Origin: Nitrososphaerota archaeon
GTDB taxonomy: Archaea > Thermoproteota > Nitrososphaeria > Nitrososphaerales > UBA57
Assembly: GCA_002713205.1 (NCBI GenBank)
Contig: PAVW01000013.1
Span: 1 to 32,000 of the forward strand
Direction of reading: 5' to 3'
DNA: 32,000 nucleotides
The notes beneath the pieces are model-generated. The model did no database searches. It saw only the letters and a list, made by a program, of their open reading frames with translations, and had not been told where the DNA came from. Shown here in pieces: positions 19,880-28,265 of this stretch. Position 1 is the stretch's first letter. Each line of letters begins with the position of its first letter. A program made the translations under genes and the position numbers.

Positions 19880-19881
19880 TT

Positions 19882-20517
19882 TTAATTTGTCTCCTTAATT
19901 GAATTAACAACAGCTTTAAGTTTGTCATTAAGAATTTTCATAGATTGCAATATGATTTGATCAGGTGGAAGAGCGCCAGAAGATTCTATTGTTAAAATTA
20001 ATTCGTTATCATTATCAGTGTCAGTCAAAGTCGAAACAGAAGAAGATTGCCACTTTGCATGATCTTTCCCAGTGCCTAATCGAGCATATGCTTCAAGTTT
20101 AACTTTTTGACTAGGGGCGAGCTTTACAATCGGTATGTTATCAAGTTTTGGTTTAATCAAAGGATCATCAGCATTTTTTAAATCGCCAGAATACACTGTT
20201 TTAGTATCATCTGTTGCAATCGCATCTAAAACTAATAATACACGACATTTAGAACATCCCAAATCAATTTTACAAGAACATTCTTCGGGTAGAACATACC
20301 CATCTACAGTAATTAGAGGAATCAAGCCTAAACGGTGAGCAAGAATTTCATCATATAATACAGACGTATTATCGTGTACTACAACATCATCTATTGCCAT
20401 AACAGGCACCGCATTAATAGCAAATCTCCGAATTGAATTTGCATAGGCACGATCTACATTAGTAAATAGGACTTTAATCCTATTTTCGGAAGAGTCTAGA
20501 ATCTTAATGCTAACCAA
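19882..20517 (-). CDS. rpoD: DNA-directed RNA polymerase subunit D (Rpo3)
   Basis: 211 aa. Alpha-like dimerisation-domain pattern (ANSIRRFAI, DEILAHRLGLIPL). Cys cluster CSCKIDLGCSKC. Position is immediately upstream of rpl18e-rpl13-rps9-rpoN. Confidence 0.9.
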   Translation of the reverse strand: MVSIKILDSSENRIKVLFTNVDRAYANSIRRFAINAVPVMAIDDVVVHDNTSVLYDEILAHRLGLIPLITVDGYVLPEECSCKIDLGCSKCRVLLVLDAIATDDTKTVYSGDLKNADDPLIKPKLDNIPIVKLAPSQKVKLEAYARLGTGKDHAKWQSSSVSTLTDTDNDNELILTIESSGALPPDQIILQSMKILNDKLKAVVNSIKETN

Positions 20518-20620
20518 TATGTATCACTTTAATTATCTTGATTTATTCATAGTATTAGAATTAAAACCTTATCATTTTAAGAGAAAGATTAAGTACATGT
20601 AGGAATAATTATGTATAAAA
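20518..20620. promoter_or_regulatory. Divergent promoter region between rpoD (-) and rps13 (+). Contains the 8-bp palindrome TACATGTA (20594-20601) and A/T-rich TATA-like tracts.
   Basis: A 103-bp non-coding gap between two divergently oriented highly expressed clusters. The elements were read directly. No transcription start site can be determined from sequence alone. Confidence 0.4.
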
Positions 20621-21091
20621 TTGACTGCAGAATTCAAGTATATAATAAGAATAATGGGAAAAGACGTTAGCGGTACTAAAAAAGTCATACAATCCCTTTC
20701 CAATATAAAAGGAATTGGAAATAATGTTGCTCATTATATCGTTAATTCTTTAGAAATAGACAAAAATTCGAGAATGGGAATGCTTTCTGATGAACAAATA
20801 AGCATAATAGAAAATGCTCTAAAAAATATTCAAACGTCTAGCTTTCCAGATTTTGATTTTAATCGACGTAAGAGTATAGAAAATGGAACGGACTCTCATG
20901 TGATGGGAACAGATCTTATTATTGCTACAAAATCAGATATTGATAAAGAAAAAACTACTCGAAGTTGGAAAGGTACAAGACATGGATTAAATCTCAAAGT
21001 AAGAGGTCAAAGAACAAGATGTACTGGCCGTAGTGGAAGAGTAGTCGGAGTAAGGAAGGTTGCACTAAAACCAGGAACTGCAGGGAAGTAA
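20621..21091 (+). CDS. rps13: 30S ribosomal protein S13
   Basis: 156 aa. EFKYIIRIMGKDVSGTKKV N-terminus and a GIGNNVA motif. TTG start. Confidence 0.92.
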   Translation: MTAEFKYIIRIMGKDVSGTKKVIQSLSNIKGIGNNVAHYIVNSLEIDKNSRMGMLSDEQISIIENALKNIQTSSFPDFDFNRRKSIENGTDSHVMGTDLIIATKSDIDKEKTTRSWKGTRHGLNLKVRGQRTRCTGRSGRVVGVRKVALKPGTAGK

Positions 21092-21093
21092 TT

Positions 21094-21729
21094 TTGGGAG
21101 ATCCAAAAAAATCACGAAAAAAGTCTTCAAGACCTAGAAATCCTTGGCAACGTAATTTATTAAAAGATGAATTAAATTTATTAGGAAAATATGGACTACG
21201 AAATAAAGGAGAATTACATCGTGCATCAACTGAATTATCAAGAATAAGAAATCAAGCTCGTCAATTATTAGCAGCACCGACAGAAATTCGGGGTTCACGT
21301 GAATTAATATTATTAAATTCTTTAACGAATAAAGGAATTGTATCTGAAGGATCTACACTAGATGATATTTTAGCATTAAATGTTTCGAGTATTTTGGATC
21401 GAAGATTGCAAACAGTTGTGTTAAGAAAACAACTTGCTAGAACACCACATCAATCACGTCAATTAATTACTCACGGACATATAATTATTAACGAAAGAAA
21501 AATAACCATACCCAGTTATATTGTGAATCAAAATGAAGAAGGGAAAATAAAAAGTATGGTTAAAATAGAAATAGACAAACCAGAGATATTAGAAGATGAA
21601 AATGTCAAAGAATCTTCAAATATTGAAGAAGAAAAAACAAATGAAAAAAAGAAAGTAACTGAACAGAAGAATAGTTCAAAGAAACAAGAAACTAAATCAA
21701 AGACTAAGGAGATTGTAAAGAATGAGTGA
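21094..21729 (+). CDS. rps4: 30S ribosomal protein S4, with a ~50-aa Lys/Glu-rich C-terminal extension
   Basis: 211 aa. Motifs [12 protein letters not shown] and LDRRLQTVV...[22 protein letters not shown] (S4 domain). TTG start. The tail runs from about residue 161. Confidence 0.92.
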   Translation: MGDPKKSRKKSSRPRNPWQRNLLKDELNLLGKYGLRNKGELHRASTELSRIRNQARQLLAAPTEIRGSRELILLNSLTNKGIVSEGSTLDDILALNVSSILDRRLQTVVLRKQLARTPHQSRQLITHGHIIINERKITIPSYIVNQNEEGKIKSMVKIEIDKPEILEDENVKESSNIEEEKTNEKKKVTEQKNSSKKQETKSKTKEIVKNE

Positions 21730-22120
21730 GGATAAATCTACAAAATGGGGAATTGTACATATCTATAGTAGTTATAACAACACAATTGTTCATATAACAG
21801 ATTTGACAGGTTCAGAAACGATTGCTATTAGTTCAGGTGGCAGACATGTTAAAGCAGATAGATTCCAATCTTCGCCTTATGCAGCAATGAAATCTGCACA
21901 AGAAGTAACAGAAATAGCTCGGAATAAAGGGATTGAACATGTGCATATAAAAGTACGTGCTGTTGGAGGAGTTGGTTCCAGAACGCCAGGACCTGGTGCA
22001 CAAGCAGTAATAAGAGCTATAGCAAGAGCGGGTTTTAGAGTTGGAAAAATAGAAGATGTAACTCCGATTCCACATGATACTACCAGAAAAGCTGGTGGAA
22101 GAAGAGGAAGAAGAGCATAG
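21722..22120 (+). CDS. rps11: 30S ribosomal protein S11
   Basis: 132 aa. Motifs [18 protein letters not shown] and [16 protein letters not shown]. Confidence 0.94.
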   Translation: MSEDKSTKWGIVHIYSSYNNTIVHITDLTGSETIAISSGGRHVKADRFQSSPYAAMKSAQEVTEIARNKGIEHVHIKVRAVGGVGSRTPGPGAQAVIRAIARAGFRVGKIEDVTPIPHDTTRKAGGRRGRRA

Positions 22121-22126
22121 TTTTTT
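22121..22126 (+). terminator. Oligo-T tract (T6) immediately after the rps11 stop codon. Candidate archaeal intrinsic terminator.
   Basis: The sequence reads 'tag tttttt attg' directly after the stop. Archaeal RNA polymerase terminates at oligo-T runs. T-runs are common in this AT-rich genome, so support is weak. Confidence 0.35.
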
Positions 22127-22162
22127 ATTGATTAACTTAACTCAAGCATTTAGAGAGTTGAA

Positions 22163-23929
22163 ATGTGTGGCATTATAGGATATATTGGAAATAACAATGC
22201 ATCGCCAATATTGTTACAGTCATTAAAAAGAATGGAATATAGAGGATATGATTCTGCAGGTATTGCAACTATTAATGATAATGAATTAATTGTTAGGAAA
22301 GATATTGGAAGAATTGATCAAATAAATGAAAAGATAAAGTTTGATGCTGTGAAAGGCAAAATAGGAATTGCACATACTAGATGGGCCACACATGGAACAG
22401 TTACAATAGAGAATAGCCATCCACATGTATCATGTAACGAAGAAATTGCTCTAGTACACAATGGAATTATAGATAATTATATGCAATTACGAGAGGAACT
22501 GTCTACAAAGCACAATTTTAAAAGTGAAACTGATACGGAAATCATTGCGCATCTAATTGAAGAAGAATATGCAAAAAGAAAAGAACCAATCGAGACCTTA
22601 AAATATGTTTCAGATAAATTAACTGGCAGTTTTGCACTTGTAGTAATTTTTAAAGATCATGTAAATGAAATATATGGTGTTAGAAAATACGCTCCATTAA
22701 TTATTGGCAAAGGTAAAAAAGAAAATTTTATAGCAAGTGATATTGTGTCATTTATTGATTATACAGATAATGTAATATTTTTAGAAGATAAAGAAATAGC
22801 CAAAGTTACAATTAACTCGGTAAAAATAATTAATTTTGATGGAAAAGAAATAAGACGCGGTGTAACTCACGTAGCATGGGAAGCTGCAGATGTATCAAAA
22901 GAAGAATTTTCTCATCATACAATAAAAGAAATTCACGAACAAAATTCAACTGTAAATATGGCACTTAAACAAGATAAAGTTGGATTTAATAATTTTATAA
23001 AGGAATTAACTAGTGGAAAAAATATATTTATCACCGGGTCTGGATCTAGTTATCACATAGCCTTAATTTTTAGAAATATGCTTACAAGATTTGCAAAAAT
23101 ATCTGCCCAAGCATTTCTATCAAGTGAAGCAGAGGAATATTCAGAATTAATGGATGATAATTCAATATTAATACCAATATCACAAAGTGGGGAAACTGCA
23201 GATTTACTTGAAGCAATTCGTAAAGTCAAAAATAAAGGAGTTAAAATTCTATCAATTTACAACACTGTAGGCTCTTCTTTGTCACGAATGAGTGATTTAA
23301 GTATGAATTTAAATTGTGGTCCAGAAATTGGAGTTGCGGCAACGAAAAGTTTCACAGCACAACTAGCCATAGTATACAAAATTATTTTTAATTTATGTCA
23401 AATGGAAAATGGAGATAAAAAGTTAGAAGGATTATCATCAAATATTAAAGAAGTATTAGACATTAAGAAATCCTTACACCAAATAATTGAAGTACTTAAT
23501 GAATCAAATGATGTGTATTTCTTAGGTAGATCAATTCATCATCCAATTGCATTAGAAGGAGCATTAAAGTTAAAAGAGCTTGCATACATACATGCAGAAG
23601 GAATGGCCGCAGGAGAACTAAAACATGGTACATTAGCTCTTGTAGAAGAAGGAACACCTGCGATAATAATTAATCCAATGGATGAAACCTATAGAGATAC
23701 AATTAGTAATGCAATAGAAATGAAATCAAGAGGTGCAAAAATAATTGGGATATCTTCAACAAATAATGAAGTTTATGATTATTGGATAAAAATTCCAGAA
23801 GTAGATAATAGTATATATCCAATAATTGAAATTATTCCTTTACAACTTTTAGCTTACTTCACAGCAATTAGAAGAAAAAATAATCCAGATTATCCAAGAA
23901 ATCTAGCAAAATCAGTAACGGTAAAATAA
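22163..23929 (+). CDS. glmS: Glutamine--fructose-6-phosphate aminotransferase (isomerising)
   Basis: 588 aa. N-terminal MCGIIGY (Cys nucleophile), two SIS domains (GSGSSYH, SQSGETADL) and a C-terminal NLAKSVTVK. Confidence 0.95.
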   Translation: MCGIIGYIGNNNASPILLQSLKRMEYRGYDSAGIATINDNELIVRKDIGRIDQINEKIKFDAVKGKIGIAHTRWATHGTVTIENSHPHVSCNEEIALVHNGIIDNYMQLREELSTKHNFKSETDTEIIAHLIEEEYAKRKEPIETLKYVSDKLTGSFALVVIFKDHVNEIYGVRKYAPLIIGKGKKENFIASDIVSFIDYTDNVIFLEDKEIAKVTINSVKIINFDGKEIRRGVTHVAWEAADVSKEEFSHHTIKEIHEQNSTVNMALKQDKVGFNNFIKELTSGKNIFITGSGSSYHIALIFRNMLTRFAKISAQAFLSSEAEEYSELMDDNSILIPISQSGETADLLEAIRKVKNKGVKILSIYNTVGSSLSRMSDLSMNLNCGPEIGVAATKSFTAQLAIVYKIIFNLCQMENGDKKLEGLSSNIKEVLDIKKSLHQIIEVLNESNDVYFLGRSIHHPIALEGALKLKELAYIHAEGMAAGELKHGTLALVEEGTPAIIINPMDETYRDTISNAIEMKSRGAKIIGISSTNNEVYDYWIKIPEVDNSIYPIIEIIPLQLLAYFTAIRRKNNPDYPRNLAKSVTVK

Positions 23930-23932
23930 AAA

Positions 23933-24157
23933 CTAGACGTCAGTAATTTCTTGATCGTCGAGTGAGATTGAAGTTAATCTATTGCCGTCTTTATCATAAC
24001 AACATAATTCATTGGTTTCATCCTTAGTTTTACTGTGAGAACCATCGCAAAATGGATATGTTTTACTAATACCACACATGCAGATTTTAACTTTATCACC
24101 AGAAGGTGTGATATGGATCAAAGGTTTGTCAGAAGAATGTTTAATCAATCTAGTCAT
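23933..24157 (-). CDS. CDGSH-type iron-sulfur domain protein
   Basis: 74 aa. CMCGISKTYPFCDGSH matches the C-x-C-x2-S-x3-P-x-CDGSH signature. Confidence 0.8.
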   Translation of the reverse strand: MTRLIKHSSDKPLIHITPSGDKVKICMCGISKTYPFCDGSHSKTKDETNELCCYDKDGNRLTSISLDDQEITDV

Positions 24158-24215
24158 GACAATGGCATACTAATAATAAGTAATAAACGTTGTAAGTAAA
24201 AATTTATATTTTTAG

Positions 24216-24312
24216 TGGGCGCGCCCGGATTTGAACCGGGGACCTTCGCCATGTAAAGGCGATGTCCTAACCATTCTAGGAGTCATATAAACTCTGGCTA
24301 GACGACGCGCCC
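24216..24312 (-). tRNA. tRNA-Val (anticodon UAC) interrupted by a 22-nt intron in the D-loop. No encoded CCA.
   Basis: Folded manually on the reverse strand. Acceptor stem GGGCGCG/CGCGCCC with discriminator A. D-stem GUCU/GGAC and D-loop AGCC^UGGUUA. Anticodon stem UCGCC/GGCGA with loop UUUACAU. Variable loop AGGUC. T-arm CCCGG-UUCAAAU-CCGGG. This is the only strongly GC-rich island in the window. Confidence 0.93.
24274..24295 (-). other. Non-canonical tRNA intron (AGAGUUUAUAUGACUCCUAGAA) between D-loop positions 17 and 17a/18, with a bulge-helix-bulge splicing motif
   Basis: The central 4-bp helix is exon CUAG (nt 12-15) paired with intron CUAG. It is flanked by the 3-nt bulges CC|A and AA|U. 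The inner helix is GAGU/ACUC, capped by UUAUAUG. Cleavage after the second bulge nucleotide reproduces exactly the junctions needed for a consensus D-loop. Confidence 0.8.
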
Positions 24313-24382
24313 CATATAATTTTTATAAAAGAGTTATTTTAACTATGCATCCTTAAATTATTTTAATAGTGCTAATAAACAG

Positions 24383-25624
24383 ATGTCAAATAACATTTTA
24401 GTAATAGATCCAAGCGTAGCTGGAATATCAGGAGATATGCTACTAAGTGCGTCAATAGATTTAGGAGCAAATGAAGAATCCACTATACAAACAATACTAT
24501 CAATCAAAAATTATTTTACAGGTTGTAAAAAACTTGAAGTAAATTTTTCAAATGTAATAAAAAATGGTTTTCGTGCAAAAAAAATCAATATGGAAATAGA
24601 GGAAACTACAATAAATCACAATGTTACAACTTTAACAAGAAATTTTAACGAGTGTTTATCTTCAATAACTATTTCATCAAAGGCACGAGAATTTGCAGAG
24701 AATTCATTTAGAAAATTGATAGATGTGGAATCATTTATTCATGGAGTAAAAAATGAAGATGTGCATCTGCATGAAACCGCTTCTATAGATACTTTTGTCG
24801 ATATAATTGGAACAGCTTTTGCAATGGACAATCTAAAATTGTTTGATATCAATGAAATCATAACTACACCGGTAGCAATAGGCAGAGGAGATATAAAATT
24901 TTCGCATGGTAATTTTACTGCACCATCACCAGCTGTTTTAGAATTAGCAAAAGAAAATCAATTATTAATTAAAGGAGGACCAAGTAATTATGAAGCTGCT
25001 ACGCCAACTGGAATAGCAATGCTTGCGGCATTAACAAATAAGAGTCAGGAATCATATCCAGTTATTAAACCAAATTTAATTGGAATTGGTGCTGGAACAT
25101 ATAGTGCAAAAGAATTTCCAAATATTCTACGAATAATCATTGGTGAAAAATCAAAATTAATACAAGAACAAATAGTTATGTTAGAAACAAACATTGACGA
25201 TATAACTGGAGAAGAATTAGCATATGCAATAGATAAAATTAATGCAGAAGGTGCACTTGATGTATCAGTATTACCAATATATGGGAAAAAAGGCAGGCCA
25301 GCATATATTTTGCGGGTTATAACTAATCACAATATGAAAGAGTATATTTCGAATTTGATCATGCAAGAAACTGGGACTCTTGGCATCAGAATAATACCAA
25401 CATCTAGATATATTCAGAATCGTGAAATTATTAATGTTAATATTGAAATAAAGAACAATATTGAAAAACTTGATATTAAAGTAGTAAAATCTGAATCAGG
25501 TGATATAATTTCGTTCAAACCTGAATTTGAACAAATGAAAAAACTTGCTTTAGGTTATTCAATGAATTTTCGAGAATTAAATCAGGATATTAGAAATCAA
25601 GTAAAAAAATTATTTAGTTCTTGA
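24383..25624 (+). CDS. larC: Nickel-pincer cofactor biosynthesis protein LarC (nickel insertion, DUF111 family)
   Basis: 413 aa. N-terminal VIDPSVAGISGDMLLSASIDLGA motif typical of LarC. It is a single uninterrupted ORF with no frameshift. Confidence 0.85.
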   Translation: MSNNILVIDPSVAGISGDMLLSASIDLGANEESTIQTILSIKNYFTGCKKLEVNFSNVIKNGFRAKKINMEIEETTINHNVTTLTRNFNECLSSITISSKAREFAENSFRKLIDVESFIHGVKNEDVHLHETASIDTFVDIIGTAFAMDNLKLFDINEIITTPVAIGRGDIKFSHGNFTAPSPAVLELAKENQLLIKGGPSNYEAATPTGIAMLAALTNKSQESYPVIKPNLIGIGAGTYSAKEFPNILRIIIGEKSKLIQEQIVMLETNIDDITGEELAYAIDKINAEGALDVSVLPIYGKKGRPAYILRVITNHNMKEYISNLIMQETGTLGIRIIPTSRYIQNREIINVNIEIKNNIEKLDIKVVKSESGDIISFKPEFEQMKKLALGYSMNFRELNQDIRNQVKKLFSS

Positions 25625-26380
25625 TGAACGTTTAGCAATAAGTGATGCTAGAACTCCTGCAGCTACGCCTGAATCGATATTAACTGTGGCTATTCCTAAA
25701 GAACAAGACTGTAACATACTCATCAGAGCTGCAATACCATCTTTTCCATATCCATAACCAGTTGAAGTTGGAACTCCAATCACTGGTATATCAACCAATC
25801 CAGCAATAATAGATGGCATTGCGCCCTCTCTACCCGCTATGGCAATGATAACATCTACATCTTCTTTGATAATTATTTGAAGAGAATTGAATAATCTATG
25901 TATACCAGCAATTCCAACATCATACTGAGTAAAAACTTTACATCTCATTTCCTCTAAAATGATTTTAGATTCTTCAGCAACAGGAATATCAGAAGTTCCA
26001 GCAGTAATTATTGCAACCTTGCCAGAAATAGAAGTTTTTGATTTTTTTTTCGAGATAACCAGCATATTTGCAATCAAACTTTGACGAATAAATTTTTTAG
26101 GAAATGTTTTAGAGAGAGATTTCATTTGGTGATTATTAACTCGACTAATTATTACATGGCCAGAATTAGAAAATAGTTTTTTAGAGATTTTAATTAAATC
26201 GCTAGATGATTTGCCTTCTGCTAAAATTATTTCAGGAATACCTTTTCTAGTAGAACGGCCTGAATCAATCTTCGCAATATTATCAATTTCAACGATAGAA
26301 TATAATTGAATAAATTTTTTTGCAGTTTGAGGTGTAATTTCACCTTTTGCTAGTCTGTTTAATATTTCATCGAGATTCAT
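25610..26380 (-). CDS. larB: LarB (PurE-like pyridinium-3,5-biscarboxylic acid mononucleotide synthase)
   Basis: 256 aa. PurE-like C-terminal domain (VAIITAGTSDIPVAEE, AIAGREGAMPS, GVPTSTGYG). 4-nt overlap with larE. Confidence 0.85.
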   Translation of the reverse strand: MNLDEILNRLAKGEITPQTAKKFIQLYSIVEIDNIAKIDSGRSTRKGIPEIILAEGKSSSDLIKISKKLFSNSGHVIISRVNNHQMKSLSKTFPKKFIRQSLIANMLVISKKKSKTSISGKVAIITAGTSDIPVAEESKIILEEMRCKVFTQYDVGIAGIHRLFNSLQIIIKEDVDVIIAIAGREGAMPSIIAGLVDIPVIGVPTSTGYGYGKDGIAALMSMLQSCSLGIATVNIDSGVAAGVLASLIAKRSSRTK

Positions 26381-27198
26381 TTTAATAACGAATTGCCATT
26401 TATATTTCCCGAAGAGTAACCAGAAAGTTCAAAAGTAACATATTTAAAACCCATATTTTTAAGTTCGCAATCGACTATATCTAATAATTTCTCATTAAGC
26501 AATAGGTTTCGTTCGTTTATTCCAACTTCAATTCTTACAATATCGCCATGGTCTCGTACACGAAGTATTTGTATTCCTGTCATTTGTTTTATAAAATTCT
26601 CGGCTTTTTCAATTCTATTTAATTTTTTAAGAGTAATAATTTCTCCATGTGCAATACGTGAAGAAAGACAAGGAGAAGATGGCTTATCTGCTGTAGGTAA
26701 ATTAAATAATCGAGACATTTCACGGATTTCTTCTTTGGTTATTTTCAATTCGACAAAGGGTCTTTGGATTTTATATAAATCACCTGCTTTTGTACCGGGT
26801 CTATAGTCAGATAAATCATCATTATTAGTTCCATCTACTATAGTTTCAATACCTTCTTGGTTTGCAAGATTTTTAAGGGTCTTAAATAATTCTTCTTTGC
26901 AAAAGTAACATCTATTTTCTGGATTAGTAAAATAATCAGGATTATTAATTTCAGAGGTATTTATTACAATATGTTGAATTCCAATCAAGTGAGCCAATTC
27001 TTTTGCATCTTCAAGATCTTTTCGAGCAATACTTGGAGAGTCAGAAGTCACAGCAATAGCTTTAGAACCGAGAGTCAAGTATGCAACTTGAGCTAATAAT
27101 GAGCTATCTACTCCACCTGAATAAGCAACCATTACATTATCTCTAATACTAAACCATTTTTTCAATTCTTTTAATTTTATGTCAACAACACTTTGCAT
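26377..27198 (-). CDS. larE: LarE (ATP-dependent sulfur transferase, PP-loop ATP pyrophosphatase)
   Basis: 273 aa. PP-loop AYSGGVDSS. SPCLSSR cysteine (C177) plus CYFC (C97, C100). Confidence 0.87.
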   Translation of the reverse strand: MQSVVDIKLKELKKWFSIRDNVMVAYSGGVDSSLLAQVAYLTLGSKAIAVTSDSPSIARKDLEDAKELAHLIGIQHIVINTSEINNPDYFTNPENRCYFCKEELFKTLKNLANQEGIETIVDGTNNDDLSDYRPGTKAGDLYKIQRPFVELKITKEEIREMSRLFNLPTADKPSSPCLSSRIAHGEIITLKKLNRIEKAENFIKQMTGIQILRVRDHGDIVRIEVGINERNLLLNEKLLDIVDCELKNMGFKYVTFELSGYSSGNINGNSLLK

Positions 27199-27251
27199 TT
27201 TTTTTCACTTTGATATGACTAATCAATTAATTAAAATATATAAAATATTTA

Positions 27252-27821
27252 TTATTTTGGTCGAATTAAACCAGTTTCAGTTAATATGAGATCCATTGGT
27301 ACATCATTAGTCTTGGGTTCTATTTCTGATAATTGAAAATCGAAAGCTAGTCCAATTTTATACAAATTATTTTTATCTTTTAAAAATGAGTCATAATACC
27401 CATAACCAAAACCAAGCCTATTACCTGAATAATCGAATGCTATTCCAGGTACAATTATCAATTTAAATGTATATTCAGAAAGCAAAGATCTTTGTTTTAA
27501 TGATGGTTCCAATATATTCAAAGCGCCTTTTTCTAAGTCGTCACGACTGTTAATTTTATAGAAACTCATTGTGTTTTTAGATTGATTAATTTTTGGTAGA
27601 AAAACGTCTTTGTCAAGGCTAATAGAATAATCAATCATGGAATCAGTAGATACTTCATTATTAAATGAAGAATAAAATGCGATTTGTTTTGATTCTTGAA
27701 ATTTTTGTAATGAAAAAAGCCTATCAGCAATAACTTTTGATTTATTTTTAATTGTTTCATCTGATTGTAGTGAACGAAGTTTTTTGAGTCGGATACGGAG
27801 TTCGTTTCTACTTTCGGTCAT
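27252..27821 (-). CDS. 5-formyltetrahydrofolate cyclo-ligase family protein
   Basis: 189 aa. Motif GIAFDYSGNRLGFGYGYYD typical of the MTHFS family. ATATATAT (27843-27850) is centred about 25 nt upstream of the ATG, suggesting its own promoter and a leaderless mRNA. Confidence 0.85.
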   Translation of the reverse strand: MTESRNELRIRLKKLRSLQSDETIKNKSKVIADRLFSLQKFQESKQIAFYSSFNNEVSTDSMIDYSISLDKDVFLPKINQSKNTMSFYKINSRDDLEKGALNILEPSLKQRSLLSEYTFKLIIVPGIAFDYSGNRLGFGYGYYDSFLKDKNNLYKIGLAFDFQLSEIEPKTNDVPMDLILTETGLIRPK

Positions 27822-27855
27822 ATCATAATATTAAGTTGAAAGATATATATGAAAA

Positions 27856-28233
27856 TTATTTACCATTCGTTTTAAGCCAAGTTATTAATTCTGTTTCATT
27901 AACATCATCGGAATTATCTAGTACTGGAATACCAGTGTTTTCTAGCTTTAAACGAATTTCTGGAGCCGATGGGTTAATTTTTGCCATTTCAGCATATTCA
28001 ATTTCAACCCATACAATCCCATCTAGAAATTGTTCGACAAGATTTTCAGATAAAAAAGCAGATGCCGGATAATTTAATCGATATGCTATTCCATTGATCC
28101 ATTTTAAATATGGATGCGACATGGGATTACCCTCTATGACGGTTCTTCTTGCAAGTTCATCTGTAGAACTGTATTTAATAATTTTATAAACTACATATTC
28201 TTTTAACGGTTTATAACTAACTTTTATCGTCAT
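27856..28233 (-). CDS. Hypothetical protein (125 aa), no recognisable family
   Basis: A long open frame in a stop-rich AT-rich background. It is co-oriented with the DsrE-like gene and 32 nt downstream of it, with no obvious TATA element in the gap. I recognise no motif. Confidence 0.6.
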   Translation of the reverse strand: MTIKVSYKPLKEYVVYKIIKYSSTDELARRTVIEGNPMSHPYLKWINGIAYRLNYPASAFLSENLVEQFLDGIVWVEIEYAEMAKINPSAPEIRLKLENTGIPVLDNSDDVNETELITWLKTNGK

Positions 28234-28265
28234 ATAACTTCACTATGTGTAATTAGAAGTACTAC

